A stretch of DNA of 64,000 nucleotides from assembly GCA_950097015.1 (NCBI GenBank), contig CATNEN010000034.1, positions 1,860,001-1,924,000 of the forward strand, read 5' to 3'. This document shows, piece by piece, positions 1 through 12,235 of the stretch. The translations under genes and the position numbers were made by a program. The notes below the pieces were generated by a model. That model saw only the letters and a list, made by a program, of their open reading frames with translations. It was not told the origin of the DNA and did not search any database. Position 1 is the first letter of the stretch. Each line of letters begins with the position of its first letter. The DNA comes from Macrostomum hystrix. Taxonomy: Eukaryota; Animalia; Platyhelminthes.

Positions 1-715
1 GTGAATCTCATTGTGAACAGTGTGAATCTCATTGTGAACAGTGTGAATCTCATTGTGAACAGTGTGAATCTCATTGTGAACAGTGGGAATCTCATTGTGA
101 ACAGTGTGAATCTCATTGTGAACAGTGGGAATCTCATTGTGAACAGTGTGAATCTCATTGTGAGTGTCGTGAATCTGATTATGAAAATCGTGAATCTCAT
201 TTCGAGTGTTGTGAATCTGATTGTAAACCGTGTGAATCTCATTGTAAACAGTGTGAATCTCATTGGGAACAGTGTGAATCTTATTGTGAACAGTGGGAAT
301 CTCATTGTGAACAGTGGGAATCTCATTGTGAGTGTCGTGAATCTGATTATGAAAATCGTGAATCTCATTTTGAGTGTTGTGAATCTGATTGTAAACAGTG
401 TGAATCTCATTGTGAACAGTGTGAATCTCATTGTGAAAAGCGTGAATCTCATTGTGAGTGTTGTGAATCTGATTATGAAAAGCGTGAATATCATTATGAG
501 TGTTGTGAACCTGATTGTGAACAGTGTGAATCTGATTGTGAGTTTTGCGAACCTGATTGTGAACAGTGTGAATCTGATTGTGAGTGTTGTGAATCTGAAT
601 ATGAAAAGCGTGAATCTCATTGAGATTGCTGTGAATCTGATTGTGAATAGAGTGAATCTGATTGTGAATCGTGTGAATTATGAGTGTTGTGAATCCTATT
701 GTGAATGGGGTGAGT
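1..715. repeat. Minisatellite, 21-bp unit GTGAATCTCATTGTGAACAGT (INPP5A intron)
   Basis: Tandem units visible; they degenerate toward 3'. Confidence 0.95.
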
Positions 716-792
716 TCGATAATCAGAAGCAGGAGTCAGAATGTCATTGGCTGACATGAAAAGAGTGCTCCGATTACCCACGTTCTCCGCAG

Positions 793-1901
793 TCGGTGAC
801 TCAAAAGTGTCGCCGTTCTGAGCACCGCGACAAATCTGGCCGCGTGAGTCGAGTCGACTATCACCATGGCAACGAGTGCGTCCTGTCGATCGGGAAGAAA
901 CTGTTCGAGCGGGCCGGAGAGCAGGCCAACGAGTTCTACGAAAACAAGAACAACTGGGTGCGGCTCCATTCGCATTTTTAACAAAGAGGTCCCACTCTTG
1001 AGGTCGCGGGTTCGCGCTCTTTTTCTAGAAATATATGAATAAAATAATAGTCTTTTTCCTACTCGCTACAGCTTAATGAACTCGACTTCGAGCCGAGCAA
1101 CTTTGACGACTATCTATTCGAGTTTCCGGTCACATTTCCGCCGACATATCCGTTCAGCGAAGGCCCGTCAGAGTTTGAAGCCACACAGTACATGCCCACC
1201 CGACTGCCCGCCTGGTGCGATCGGATCCTCTGCTCGAGCGGCACCCGTCGGGTGATCCTCTGCCCGCCCGAGGATCCTACCCAGTACGGTGTGCTCGGCC
1301 TGCGTGAATGCATGGGAGATCACAAGCCGGTCTACCTGTACACACTGCTGTGCTTTGCCGCGTCAGCCGCGGGTGAGTTACCTGGCTGGCTCATGAGAAA
1401 ATTTTACTCAGAATTTCCCAAGTGACCAACCACCTCATTCCATCTAGCCAACCACCTCACTCCATCTAGCCAACCACCTCACTCCGTCTAGCCAACCACC
1501 TCACTCCATCTAGCCAACCACCTCACTCCATCTAGCCAACCACCTCAATCTAGCCAACCACCTCAATCTAGCCAACCACCTCACTCCATCTAGCCAACCA
1601 CCTCACTCCACCTGACCACGTTCACGATCGGATTGGCTAGTTTTCATATTTTTCTATAGTCAGGAGCCGGGTAAACCATCTATCGCAGTTTAGCTTAAGC
1701 TTAAATCTCTGCTAATTCCCTGCCTTCCCAGACTCGCACTGCCTAATGGAGAATGCGGACTTTCCGCCGCCACCCCTGCTCAGCCGACTGCTTGAACAGC
1801 CTGGCGTTCAGGTGAAAATGTCCGAACGCAACGGGGCAATCTATGCTCACGTCAGGCGTGACGGAGCGACAATCTGCATTTTCAAGGAAACCGCAGTTTA
1901 A
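793..1901 (+). CDS. INPP5A: Type I inositol-1,4,5-trisphosphate 5-phosphatase, 3' part (5' exons lie before the window)
   Basis: Exons 793-957 and 1072-1372 are joined in phase 0 by a GT-AG intron and give ...LSIGKKLF...FPVTFPPTYPFSE...YMPTRLPAWCDRIL...CMGDHKPVYL, the type I 5-phosphatase motifs (FPPSYPYSE, PAWCDRIL, GDHKPV). Donor GTGAGT at 1373. The probable last exon is 1732-1901 (ends ETAV*), but the C-terminus is uncertain. Confidence 0.9.
1425..1612. repeat. Minisatellite, 22-bp unit CCAACCACCTCACTCCATCTAG
   Basis: About 8 units inside the INPP5A intron that starts at 1373. Confidence 0.9.
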
Positions 1902-3106
1902 ACTCTGACGTAATCTATCCAAATAAGTTATTTGGACGTTATTTCGCCCAAAAGCATACGAGCGTAGACAGCATTAGCGTTACATGACTAGAAAAGCTTT
2001 TTATGTGCAAATTAGTTATTTTTAATCTAACTGTTTCATTTTCCTTGAGTTGTTAGGAATCGCTATTTATCCACACGTGTAGGTGGCAGATTTTTTATTG
2101 CTATTGGAGTTACAGAACTTTTACTTGACAATGCACTAACTTTTATATTATTAAAGTGCACCTGTTCGCTTGTGAGAAGGCTCTGGCTTCTCACAGCCTG
2201 TAATTTGGCTCTATGGCTCTGGGGTTCACGAGTACAAAGGTGTCACATAAACGTCCCTTTTTCCGGGTTTAATTAATTTTGCTCGTAAATCTATATTTTT
2301 ATGGCGCTAATTTAAATAGTCTAGTTCCGAGTTGAGCTACCAACTTTAACTACCATTCGTTAACGCCAAAAATGATAATCGTTGATTTAGTGTACTGATG
2401 AAATTATTAATTTGTAGTTTTTAGCATTTTATATTTGCCGTGACACTGTGCAACTATCTGATTTGCAGTGTACCAAATAGCACTTTTGACATTTTGAAAT
2501 CCTTTTTTCGTAAATACTTTCCATAGTAACCTTTTCATTTGATCTAGTCAGTATTTGATAAATTTTTCCTATGTATGCAAAAATGTATTCACTTTTATAC
2601 ATTTTAGGACAGATACCTATAAGAGGAGGAATTTCAATTGGCGCGTTGATTGTTAGTTACAAGGCACATTGTTGTGCCCGAGACAAATCTATTGCTTCAC
2701 ACGCTCAGAATCTTAGAGTGAGCTTTTAAAGCTAATATTGTGCAAACAGCTGTCACAGAAGAAATTTCAAGTCTTGAAAAATGAATAATATAATAAAATC
2801 GAAAAGGCAGTTAATGATATTCAGATTTTTCGAGAATGACACACCGCTAACTGAAAACCAGCGATTTTTCTCGCTTTTCTATAAGATTTATTGCGCGGTG
2901 ATTTAAATAAAAAGTGGCCAGAATGCCGGGGAGTCTGTTGAGTCGTTTCAATGCTTCGGTGAAATAAACAGCAAAAGGATTGAGGCATATTTAGACAAAG
3001 GAATAATAAAATAGCAGGTCATGTCACTCTTTCATCGTGTTTAGCGTTAAAAATACCTGGGTGTCCCAGAAGCTCGTATTTTCATTAGCAAGGAGGTAGA
3101 CAACGA

Positions 3107-3605
3107 GATCTGGGAGATTAACAACCCAACCCTGAGGATTTGGGAGATTAAAAACCCAACCCTGAGGATTTGGGAGATTAACAACCCAACCCTGAGGATC
3201 TGGGAGATTAACAACCCACACCTGAAGATCTGGGAGATTAACAACCCAACCCTGAGGATTTGGGAGATTAACAACCCAACCCTGAGGATCTGGGAGATTA
3301 ACAACCCAAACCTGAGGATTTGGGAGATTAACAACCCACACCTGAAGATCTGGGAGATTAACAACCCAAACCTGAGGATTTGGGAGATTAACAACCCAAC
3401 CCTGAGGATTTGGGAGATAAACAACCCAACCCTAAGGATTTGGGAGATTAACAACCCAAACCTGATGATCTGGGAGATTAACAATCCACACCTGAGGATC
3501 TGGGAGATTAACAACCCACACCTGAGGATCTAAGAGATTAACAACCCACACCTGAGGATTGGCGGATTAACAACCCAAACCTGAAGATCTGGGGGATTAG
3601 CAACC
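3107..3605. repeat. Minisatellite, 30-bp unit CTGAGGATCTGGGAGATTAACAACCCAAAC (copy 1)
   Basis: About 16 units; same family as 8452-8930. Confidence 0.95.
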
Positions 3606-4399
3606 CCACCTAGCAGATAAAAACCAGCATGACGGGATCTGGGATATTTTTATCGAATCTTTGACAAATGTAGACCTGGATGATCGCTAATCCCTATTAC
3701 CTGTTTGGGGACTGTGCAAAGGAGGTCGCTATCTGGGACACCAGCTATGAAAAATAGGTCTGAATTGTCACATCCTACAATATACACATAAGCGTGAGAC
3801 AGACAGGAAAGCCGAACAGAACACTGCGTAGAGAAAGTTAAAATATTATTATGTTCAGCGCGACATGGCCCTAGAAACGGCTGGATAACTGTTGTTTTGA
3901 TGTTTTGCTACATAAATATAGTTAGCTAGTGTAGTAGCAGTGTAAGGCTAAGGACAGACTATAATAATAATAATGGGAATAGTGTTGCCACAGATGCTAA
4001 ACAAAAATATACGAGCTTATAGAATATTCACAGAAAACTGGACACATACCTAGAAAAAAACGGACAGCCAACGGACAAATATATACGTCAAAAATAGTTT
4101 CATTTGAATTCGTAAAATAATTTATAAGCGAAGGATTTTGTCAAAGACAGAAAAAAACAAGAGAAGAATAGTTGATAATGTGTTAAAATAAAACACTGCA
4201 CACTTCACAAGCGAATAAAGCGATAGACATTTAACAATAGTTTAGTTATTCACCAACACCTCAGAGTGCAGAAAAACACGACAGCAAAAAAATATAACGG
4301 CGTTAATCACTGATATCTCACTACATTATCTGGCGGTACTAGTGAGGCGACTGCATAAAAATGGAGCCTAACTCACACTGTCTACAGTTTACCCAATCA

Positions 4400-6265
4400 A
4401 CCCCAAGCTTTACCAGATAATCTACCCCAAGCTGTACTAGACAATCTACCCCAAGCTGTACTAGACAATCTACCCCAAGCTTTACCAGACAATCTACCCC
4501 AAGCTGTACTAGACAATCTACCCCAAGCTTTACCAGACAATCTACCCCAAGCTGTACTAGACAATCTACCCCAAGCTTTACCAGACAATCTACCCCAAGC
4601 TTTACCAGACAATCTACCCCAAGCTTTACCAGACAATCTACCCCAAGCTTTACCAGACAATCTACCCCAAGCTTTATTAGACAATCTACCCCAAGCTTTA
4701 CTAGACAATCTACCCCAAGCTTTACTAGACAATTTACCCCAAGCTTTACTAGACAATCTACCCCAAGCTTTACCAGACAATCTACCACAAGCTTTACCAG
4801 ACAATCTACCCCAAGCTTTATTAGACAATCTACCCCAAGCTTTACTAGACAATCTACCCCAAGCTTTACTAGACAATCTACCCCAAGCTTTACTAGACAA
4901 TCTACCCCAAGCTTTACTAATCTACCCTAAGCTTTACTAATCTACCCCAAGCTTTGCTAATCTACCCCAAGCTTTGCTAATCTACCCCAAGCTTTACTAG
5001 ACAATCTACCCCAAGCTTTACTAGACAATCTACCCCAAGCTTTACTAGACAATCTACCCCAAGCTTTACTAGACAATCTACCCCAAGCTTTACTAATCTA
5101 CCCTAAGCTTTACTAATCTACCCCAAGCTTTGCTAATCTACCCCAAGCTTTACTGGACAATCTACCCCAAGCTTTACTAGACAATCTAAACCAAGCTTTA
5201 CTAACCTACCCCAAGCTTTACTAGACAATCTACCCCAATCTTTATTAGACAATCTACCCCAAGCTTTATTAGACAATCTACCCCAAGCTTTATTAGACAA
5301 TCTACCCCAAGCTTTATTAGACAATCTACCCCAAGCTTTACTAGACAATCTACCCCAAGCTTTATTAGACAATCAACCCCAAGCTTTACTAATCTACCCC
5401 AAGCTTTACTAATCTACCCCAAGCTTTACTAATCTACCCCAAGCTTTACTAATCTACCCCAAGCTTTACTAATCTACCCCAAGCTTTACTAGACAATCAA
5501 CCCCAAGCTTTACTAATCTACCCCAAGCTTTACTAATCTACCCCAAGCTTTACTAATCTACCCCAAGCTTTACTAGACAATCTACCCCAAGCTTTACTAG
5601 ACAATCAACCCCAAGCTTTACTAATCTACCCCAAGCTTTACTAATCTACCCCAAGCTTTACTAGACAATCTACCCCAAGCTTTACTAGACAATCTACCCC
5701 AAGCTTTACTAGACAATCTACCCCAAGCTTTACTAGACAATCTACCCCAAGCTTTACTAGACAATCTACCCCAAGCTGTACTAGACAATCTACCCCAAGC
5801 ATTACTAGACAATCTACCCCAAGCTTTACCAGACAATCTACCCCAAGCTTTATTAGAGAATCCACCCAAGCTTTACCAGACAATCTACCCCAAGCTTTAT
5901 TAGACAATCTACCCCAAGCTTTACTAGACAATCTACCCCAAGCTTTACTAGACAATCTACCCCAAGCTTTACTAGACAATCTACCCCAAGCTTTACCAGA
6001 CAATCAACCCCAAGCTTTACTAATCTACCCCAAGCTTTACTAATCTACCCCAAGCTTTACTAATCTACCCCAAGCTTTACTAATCTACCCCAAGCTTTAC
6101 TAATCTACCCCAAGCTTTACTGGACAATCTACCCCAAGCTTTACTAATCTACCCCAAGCTTTACTGGACAATCTACCCCAAGCTTTACTAATCTACCCCA
6201 AGCTTTACTGGACAATCTACCCCAAGCTTTACTAGACAATCTACCCCAAGCTTTACCAGACAATC
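4400..6265. repeat. Minisatellite with interleaved 24-bp (CTAGACAATCTACCCCAAGCTTTA) and 20-bp units
   Basis: Blocks of a 4-nt-deleted variant alternate with full units. Confidence 0.95.
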
Positions 6266-6490
6266 CCTAATGAATTTTAGTAGACTAATCACTAGAAAAT
6301 CTCTAGAAACTCACTACCCGAAAGTAGCTGGTCGCAGTGTGTAACCGGCTCTCATAAAAAAATAGTCAAGATTTTATTATTATTTCAGAAAAAAACAATA
6401 ATGAGGCTCAATGATTCTTCGGCCTAGTCGTCAGTTCTGTTTAATTACGGCAGAGCCCACGCCACAGCTCAGGATTGTGTTGCTATGGTC

Positions 6491-7522
6491 TCACTCAGCA
6501 GAGCCAGCAGCCGGCTTGTACCTGCCTGGAAAATATGGCGGCGGAGCATTCAAATTAGCCGGCTGTTTCAGGGCGTCCTCGTACTTCGGCGGCGTCGGCT
6601 GATCCGGCAGCATCATCAGCTGATGACGACCGCCGGACTCGGCGGCCACGATGGCAGCAACGGCGTCCAGATCGTCGTCGTCTTCGTTGTCGAACTCGCC
6701 AAGGCCGCGTCGCACAGAGCGCAGATGGCCGGCCTCTTTGCGCAGGATAAATTTGTAGCAGGCCCACACCATGCCTAGCAGGTAGGCCTTGACCATCAGG
6801 TACATCATGCACGCTACCAGCATCACGAAGCCGAGAGTGGCATCATCCAGGCCCAGCAGGAAGCGACGGACCGCGGCATCGTGGGGCCAGCGATGACCGG
6901 ATAGCCAGGTCTTGGCGTCTGGCAGGTAGGAGAAATAGCCAACCACAGTCAGGCAGTTGATGACAAAGTCGAATAGCTGCATGCAGAAGTAGGGCATGAG
7001 ATACTTGGCGCGCTCGCGCAGGGTGCCAACAACCAATAGCAGGGCTAGCAGCAGGCTAACTAGGCCAATGAGCAGCAGCAGGGCATGGTCCTGATGCCGC
7101 AGCTGGTGACGCCGACGAAGATGAGCAGCGTCGTTGCCTGGCGAAGCCGCGGCCTCGGCCGCCGAATCGTCCGCTTTCGACGGAGCCGCGGTGACCAACG
7201 GCATGGCAGCGTTGGCTGCAGTGTCAACGGTGTCCAAGGCCGAAGTCGATAGGTCGCTGGAGCCGGAGCTGCCAAGCCGGCCGCCGATGCAGGACAGGAG
7301 GCCCGGATTGATGAGCACAGCCAGCAGGAAGCTCACTACAAACAGCTGAACCCAGACCTGCCACAGGCCCAGCAGCAGGGTGCCAGTCTTGACGTGCAGG
7401 CAGAGGCAGCAGCGATATTCGGCAGCGTTGGCCGCCACTGGATCCATGGGCTCGCTCGACTGGCGATTCGAGCCTGGGCGCTCTCGCAGAGTTTGTCCTG
7501 GTCTGAGCAACCGGAAAATCAT
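6491..7522 (-). CDS. LAPTM4: Lysosomal-associated transmembrane protein 4 family (Mtp/LAPTM4), CDS without introns
   Basis: RCCLCLHVKTGTLLLGLW N-terminal motif, four hydrophobic segments, YLMPYFCMQLFDF and YLLGMVWACYKF motifs, C-terminal PY motifs (PPKY, PPPY). The start is ATG 7522 or ATG 7447. AATAAA lies on the minus strand near 6375. Confidence 0.88.
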   Translation of the reverse strand: MIFRLLRPGQTLRERPGSNRQSSEPMDPVAANAAEYRCCLCLHVKTGTLLLGLWQVWVQLFVVSFLLAVLINPGLLSCIGGRLGSSGSSDLSTSALDTVDTAANAAMPLVTAAPSKADDSAAEAAASPGNDAAHLRRRHQLRHQDHALLLLIGLVSLLLALLLVVGTLRERAKYLMPYFCMQLFDFVINCLTVVGYFSYLPDAKTWLSGHRWPHDAAVRRFLLGLDDATLGFVMLVACMMYLMVKAYLLGMVWACYKFILRKEAGHLRSVRRGLGEFDNEDDDDLDAVAAIVAAESGGRHQLMMLPDQPTPPKYEDALKQPANLNAPPPYFPGRYKPAAGSAE

Positions 7523-7654
7523 CGCAAATGGCTGCAATGAGTAGAATACAATCCGACTTTCACTACTGATCTCGCTAGTAATATGCAAGGACATTTTGAA
7601 CTAACCAGATTGGAAGATTGGAAACCAAAAAGTCGGACTAATGGATTAATTTAC

Positions 7655-7850
7655 GACAAAATCTCCCCCTTAAAACTATTGGAACTGCAAAATCTCACCC
7701 TTAACTATTGGAACCGCAAAATCTCACCCTTAACTATTGGAACCGCAAAATCTCACCCTTAAACTATTGGAACTGCAAAATCTCACCCTTAAAACTATCG
7801 GAACATCAAAATCCTACCCTCAAAACTATTGGAACTGCAAAATCTCAGCC
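7655..7850. repeat. Short ~30-bp array AAAATCTCACCCTTAAACTATTGGAACTGC
   Basis: About 6 degenerate units upstream of LAPTM4. Confidence 0.85.
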
Positions 7851-8451
7851 TTCTAGCAAGGACTCGTAAAACTACGAAATCTCATCAGAAGAAGTAAACT
7901 ACAAATTCCTAGCCTTACAACACATATAACAACAAAATCTAATCACCCCGATTTTTATTAGAAAAAATGTAAACAAGCAAAACAAATCAAAGCAAAATTG
8001 TATACATAAAATAATACTATATTGCATTTATTAAGTCAGAAACTGATACCGATAATAGAAAAATCACAACGCTTTCATATAACTCGTAATATTCTTATGA
8101 ACAATAGTGCGGAATCATATAAATTGCTTCGAAATAAATATTATTCAGGATTTCATGAATCAAGCAGTCGCAGAAAATAAAAGACTATTATTTGTCGATG
8201 ACTTTTTACGAGAACTATGTTTTTCACTGACATCAAAGGCTTGTATATCGCTTGACAACAACATAATGAATGAAACAGATGCAAATTGTGTACCTCAAAA
8301 ACATTAATTAACACAGGACTAGAACCTCAGTGCATCCGGGAAATTAAAACACCGGGTGTCGATTAAGAAAATTGTCAAGCCATCCTGAGGGGATTTGAAC
8401 AACTCCAAAATGAGCATCTGATAGATTATTAAGTACCACACTGGGCGATTA

Positions 8452-8930
8452 ATCTGGGAGATTAACAACCCAAACCTGAGGATCTGGGGGATTAACAACC
8501 CAAACCTGAGGATCTGGGAGATTAACAACCTAAACCTGAGGATCTGGGAGATTAACAACCCAAACCTGAGGATCTGGGAGATTAACAACTCAATCCTGAG
8601 GATCTGGGAGATTAACAACTCAAACCTGAGGATCTGGGAGATTAACAACCTAAACCTGAGGATCTGGGAGATTAACAACCTAAACCTGAGGATCTGGGAG
8701 ATTAACAACTCAAACCTGAGGATCTGGGAGATTAACAACTCAAACCTGAGGATCTGGGAGATTAACAACTCAAACCTGAGGATCTGGGAGATTAACAACC
8801 TAAACCTGAGGATCTGGGAGATTAACAACTCAAACCTGAGGATCTGGGAGATTAACAACCCAAACCTGAGGATCTGGGAGATTAACAACCCAAACCTGAG
8901 GATCTGGGAGAATAACAACTCAACTTGAGG
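8452..8930. repeat. 30-bp minisatellite (copy 2), just downstream of the TLDc stop
   Basis: Same unit and orientation as 3107-3605. Confidence 0.95.
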
Positions 8931-9002
8931 ATTTAAAAATCTACCTGGACAAATGAAACCTGTAGGTAATGATTAGCTATAGGCCTTAGTTGAGTACAAA
9001 AG

Positions 9003-10971
9003 CTAGAATTCCGGTTTGAGCAGTCTGGACGGTCCGCCATCATTGGACTCCCTCGAGCCCGTGCCCAGTTCGGCCTCGCGACCCTCAATAGCCTGGGCAT
9101 TGTTGCCGGCATTCTTGACGCCGCCCCATTCCAGCAGCTGCCTGTCCACATTCTGATCCCAGCCGGCCGTGCCCTCCTGCACTAGGCGCAGTTTCCTGTC
9201 CCTGGCCGCAGCCGCGAATCTCTGATCGCGTTCGCGTTCTAGGCGCAGCTTGTCAACCAATCCGGCGTCGCCCAGACCGATGGCTCGCAGTCGGCCCAGC
9301 CTACTGGGCACGCCGAACACCGTCAGGGTGTCCAACTCGGCGCCAATTAGCAGCACTGGTGAGCCGCTGCGGCCCATAGCAACGCCTCGGATACCAACCG
9401 ATGCTTTCAGATTGGCGTACACAAGACCAGGCCCGGTTAATAGTACTTTTAATTCAGGCGCCAGCTGGGTTAGGCGACAGTCGGCCTCGCCGTAGGGCTG
9501 CCAGGCTTCGCGATAGCCGCAATCGGCAGCGCAGCAGAATAGCCGGCCATTGTTAGCTTCCTCGGCTAGCAGCAGGGTTGGGCCGGCATAGTCAAACACC
9601 AGCTGGCTGAGCTGGCTGGGGCTGCGGAGCTCCCTGCCATTATTAGTAATGGTGTTTTAGCCATAGACATTATGGGAGACTAAATAAGAAAAAACTTCCA
9701 CAAAATTCGACAAATCTCGAACCATCCGAAGGAAAGTCAACGATATTAAAATATCTTAACAGGGGTTGTAGCCTAGTGGTTAGAGCGTCGGACTCGCAAC
9801 TTGAAGGTCGGGGGTTCGATTCTCGACTCCACTGGAACAATTTTTGTCAGCAAGACACTTAATTGCTTCACTTCACCCAGCTGTCAGCTGATGCGCCGCG
9901 CAATAGCTGCGACTGCACATCTGGCCCAGTTGGGGCAGGTGTAATCTATTATATTAGTAATTATCATTTAAATTGACCCTAGAAAGACCAGTCTACGCAT
10001 TCCGCCCTGGTGAAAGACCGGGTAGGTATTTCAAATACCCACTGCCTACTTCACGATTGCTCCCAATCGTGAAAATCCTCCATATGATAAACTGTCGAAG
10101 GAAAACGCAAAAAGCACTACTGACAGTAGAGCAGCCTGAAGCCTCACCTATTCGTATCGTAGAGCAGTTGCGCAGTGCTGAATCCGGACAAGAACACTGG
10201 CGGCAGCTGGCAGGCGAGAGTCCACCCCAGCCACGGCTCCAGAACGTCGGCTGGCAGCTGCGGCGACGCGGCCGAAGCCGCCAAAGAAGCCGGCGACAGT
10301 GGCAGCGGAGAGCGCAGGCAGGCCAGCACGCCGGCGATGGCCTCCGACAGCAGTTGCGGCATATGGCGGCCAACCAGGCGAGTCACTTCGGCCTTGGCGT
10401 CGAAGCCTTCGTCCTCATCGGCTTCGTGGTCGTTAGCCGCAGATGACGGCGGCTGAGGCGGCTTCAAAAGTCCCGCCACGGCTTGCCGCAGACAGTCAGG
10501 CGGCTTGGCGGGCTCGGAGACTCGGCCGTCGGCCGTCTGCTGCCATCGGCGACTGAGCCAGGCGCAGTCCAGGACAGCGTCGGCTAACGCGGAGCAATTG
10601 TCGTCGGGATTGCGAAGCTCCGCCTCCGCCATGGACAGTAGCGCCCGCAGCAGCATTCGTTGGGAGTCACCGTTGCCACCGCTGGCGCCGACAGCAGCTT
10701 CCAGACGATCGTGCAGTTTAGCCAGCTCCTGCTCTGTGACAAATTTACGATCCGGCCGGACGGCCTCGAGCCAGACGGCTCGAATGAGTGGCTGCGGCAG
10801 CTGGCAGTTGAATAGCTGGACGAAGCCGACTTCGGTGAGCAGTTTGGAGCCGGCTGGGTCGGTGAAATCGGCCGATCTAGCGAATGCAGCGAATGTAGGA
10901 TGCTGCTGATGACTCAACTGCCTGTCCAAGGCATTCGGTACATGATGCCCAGATGGCTGACTCTGGCCCAT
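9003..10971 (-). CDS. TLDc-domain protein (Rtc5/MEAK7-like), 2 exons, ~484 aa
   Basis: Exon 10971-10148 (MGQSQPS start) splices AG|GTGAGG to ...GGCAG|G, exon 9633-9003, in phase 2. The join gives LLYDTNRELRSPSQLSQLVFDYAGPTLLL, a TLDc signature (LLY..., F.Y.GPTL). C-terminus WDQNVDRQLLEWGG. Subfamily assignment is from memory of motifs. Confidence 0.75.
9762..9950 (+). mobile_element. tRNA-derived SINE, family A (CORE-like body), in the TLDc intron
   Basis: A box TAGCCTAGTGG, B box GGTTCGATTC, then GCAAGACACTTAA..TTGCTTCA..CACCCAGCTGT. Homologous copies lie at ~30115 and ~43121. Confidence 0.75.
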
Positions 10972-11064
10972 TGTGTAGAGAGGCCTGACTTTACTGCGCA
11001 CTTGCCCAGAAATGTATTACTGAAGACTTTAGATAAGCGAGGGAGGCACTGTCAATTCTGGCTT

Positions 11065-12235
11065 TGTAATGGCCTGTCTAATCGTAAGTCTAATCTACAG
11101 TATAATCTAAAATCTACTATGAAATCTATAGGCCTGTCTAATCTACAGTATAATGGCCTGTCTAATCTACAGTCTAATGGCCTGTCTAATCTACAGTCTA
11201 ATGGCCTGTCTAATCTACAGTCTAATCAAAAATCTACTATGAAATCTATAGGCCTGTCTAATCTACAGTATAATGGCCTGTCTAATCTACAGTCTAATGG
11301 CCTGTCTAATCTACAGTATAATGGCCTGTCTAATCTACAGTCTAATGGCCTGTCTAATCTACAGTCTAATGGCCTGTCTAATCTGCAGTATAATGGCCTG
11401 TCTAATCTACAGTCTAATGGCCTGTCTAATCTACAGTCTAATGGCCTGTCTAATCTACAGTCTAATGGCCTGTCTAATCTACAGTCTAATGGCCTGTCTA
11501 ATCTACAGTCTAATCTAAAATCTACTATGAAATCTATAGGCCTGTCTAATCTACAGTATAATGGCCTGTCTAATCTACAGTCTAATGGCCTGTCTAATCT
11601 ACAGTCTAATGGCCTGTCTAATCTACAGTATAATGGCCTGTCTAATCTACAGTCTAATGGCCTGTCTAATCTACAGTATAATGGCCTGTCTAATCTACAG
11701 TCTAATGGCCTGTCTAATCTACAGTCTAATGGCCTGTCTAATCTACAGTATAATGGCCTGTCTAATCTACAGTCTAATGGCCTGTCTAATCTACAGTATA
11801 ATGGCCTGTCTAATCTAGAGTCTAATCTACAGTCTAATAGCCTGTCTAATCTACAGTATAATGGCCTGTCTAATCTACAGTCTAATGGCCTGTCTAATCT
11901 AGAGTCTAATGGCCTGTCTAATCTAAGGTCTATTCTACAGTCTAATGGCCTGTCTAATCTAGAGTCTAATGGCCTGAATATTCTACAGTATAATGGCCTG
12001 TCTAATCTACAGTATAATGGCCTGTCTAATCTAGAGTCTAATCTACAGTCTAATAGCCTGTCTAATCTACAGTATAATGGCCTGTCTAATCTACAGTCTA
12101 ATGGCCTGTCTAATCTAGAGTCTAATGGCCTGTCTAATCTAAGGTCTATTCTACAGTCTAATGGCCTGTCTAATCTAGAGTCTAATGGCCTGAATATTCT
12201 ACAGTATAATGGCCTGTCTAATCTAGAGTCTAATC
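11065..12235. repeat. Minisatellite, 24-bp unit AATGGCCTGTCTAATCTACAGTCT
   Basis: About 48 units between SSR2 and TLDc, with a recurring AAAATCTACTATGAAATCTATAG insert. Confidence 0.95.

Noticed and set aside
9762-9835. Possible tRNA gene (CGC anticodon)
   Set aside because: The D, anticodon and T stems have mismatches and the sequence continues into a body shared with two other copies, so it is a SINE head.
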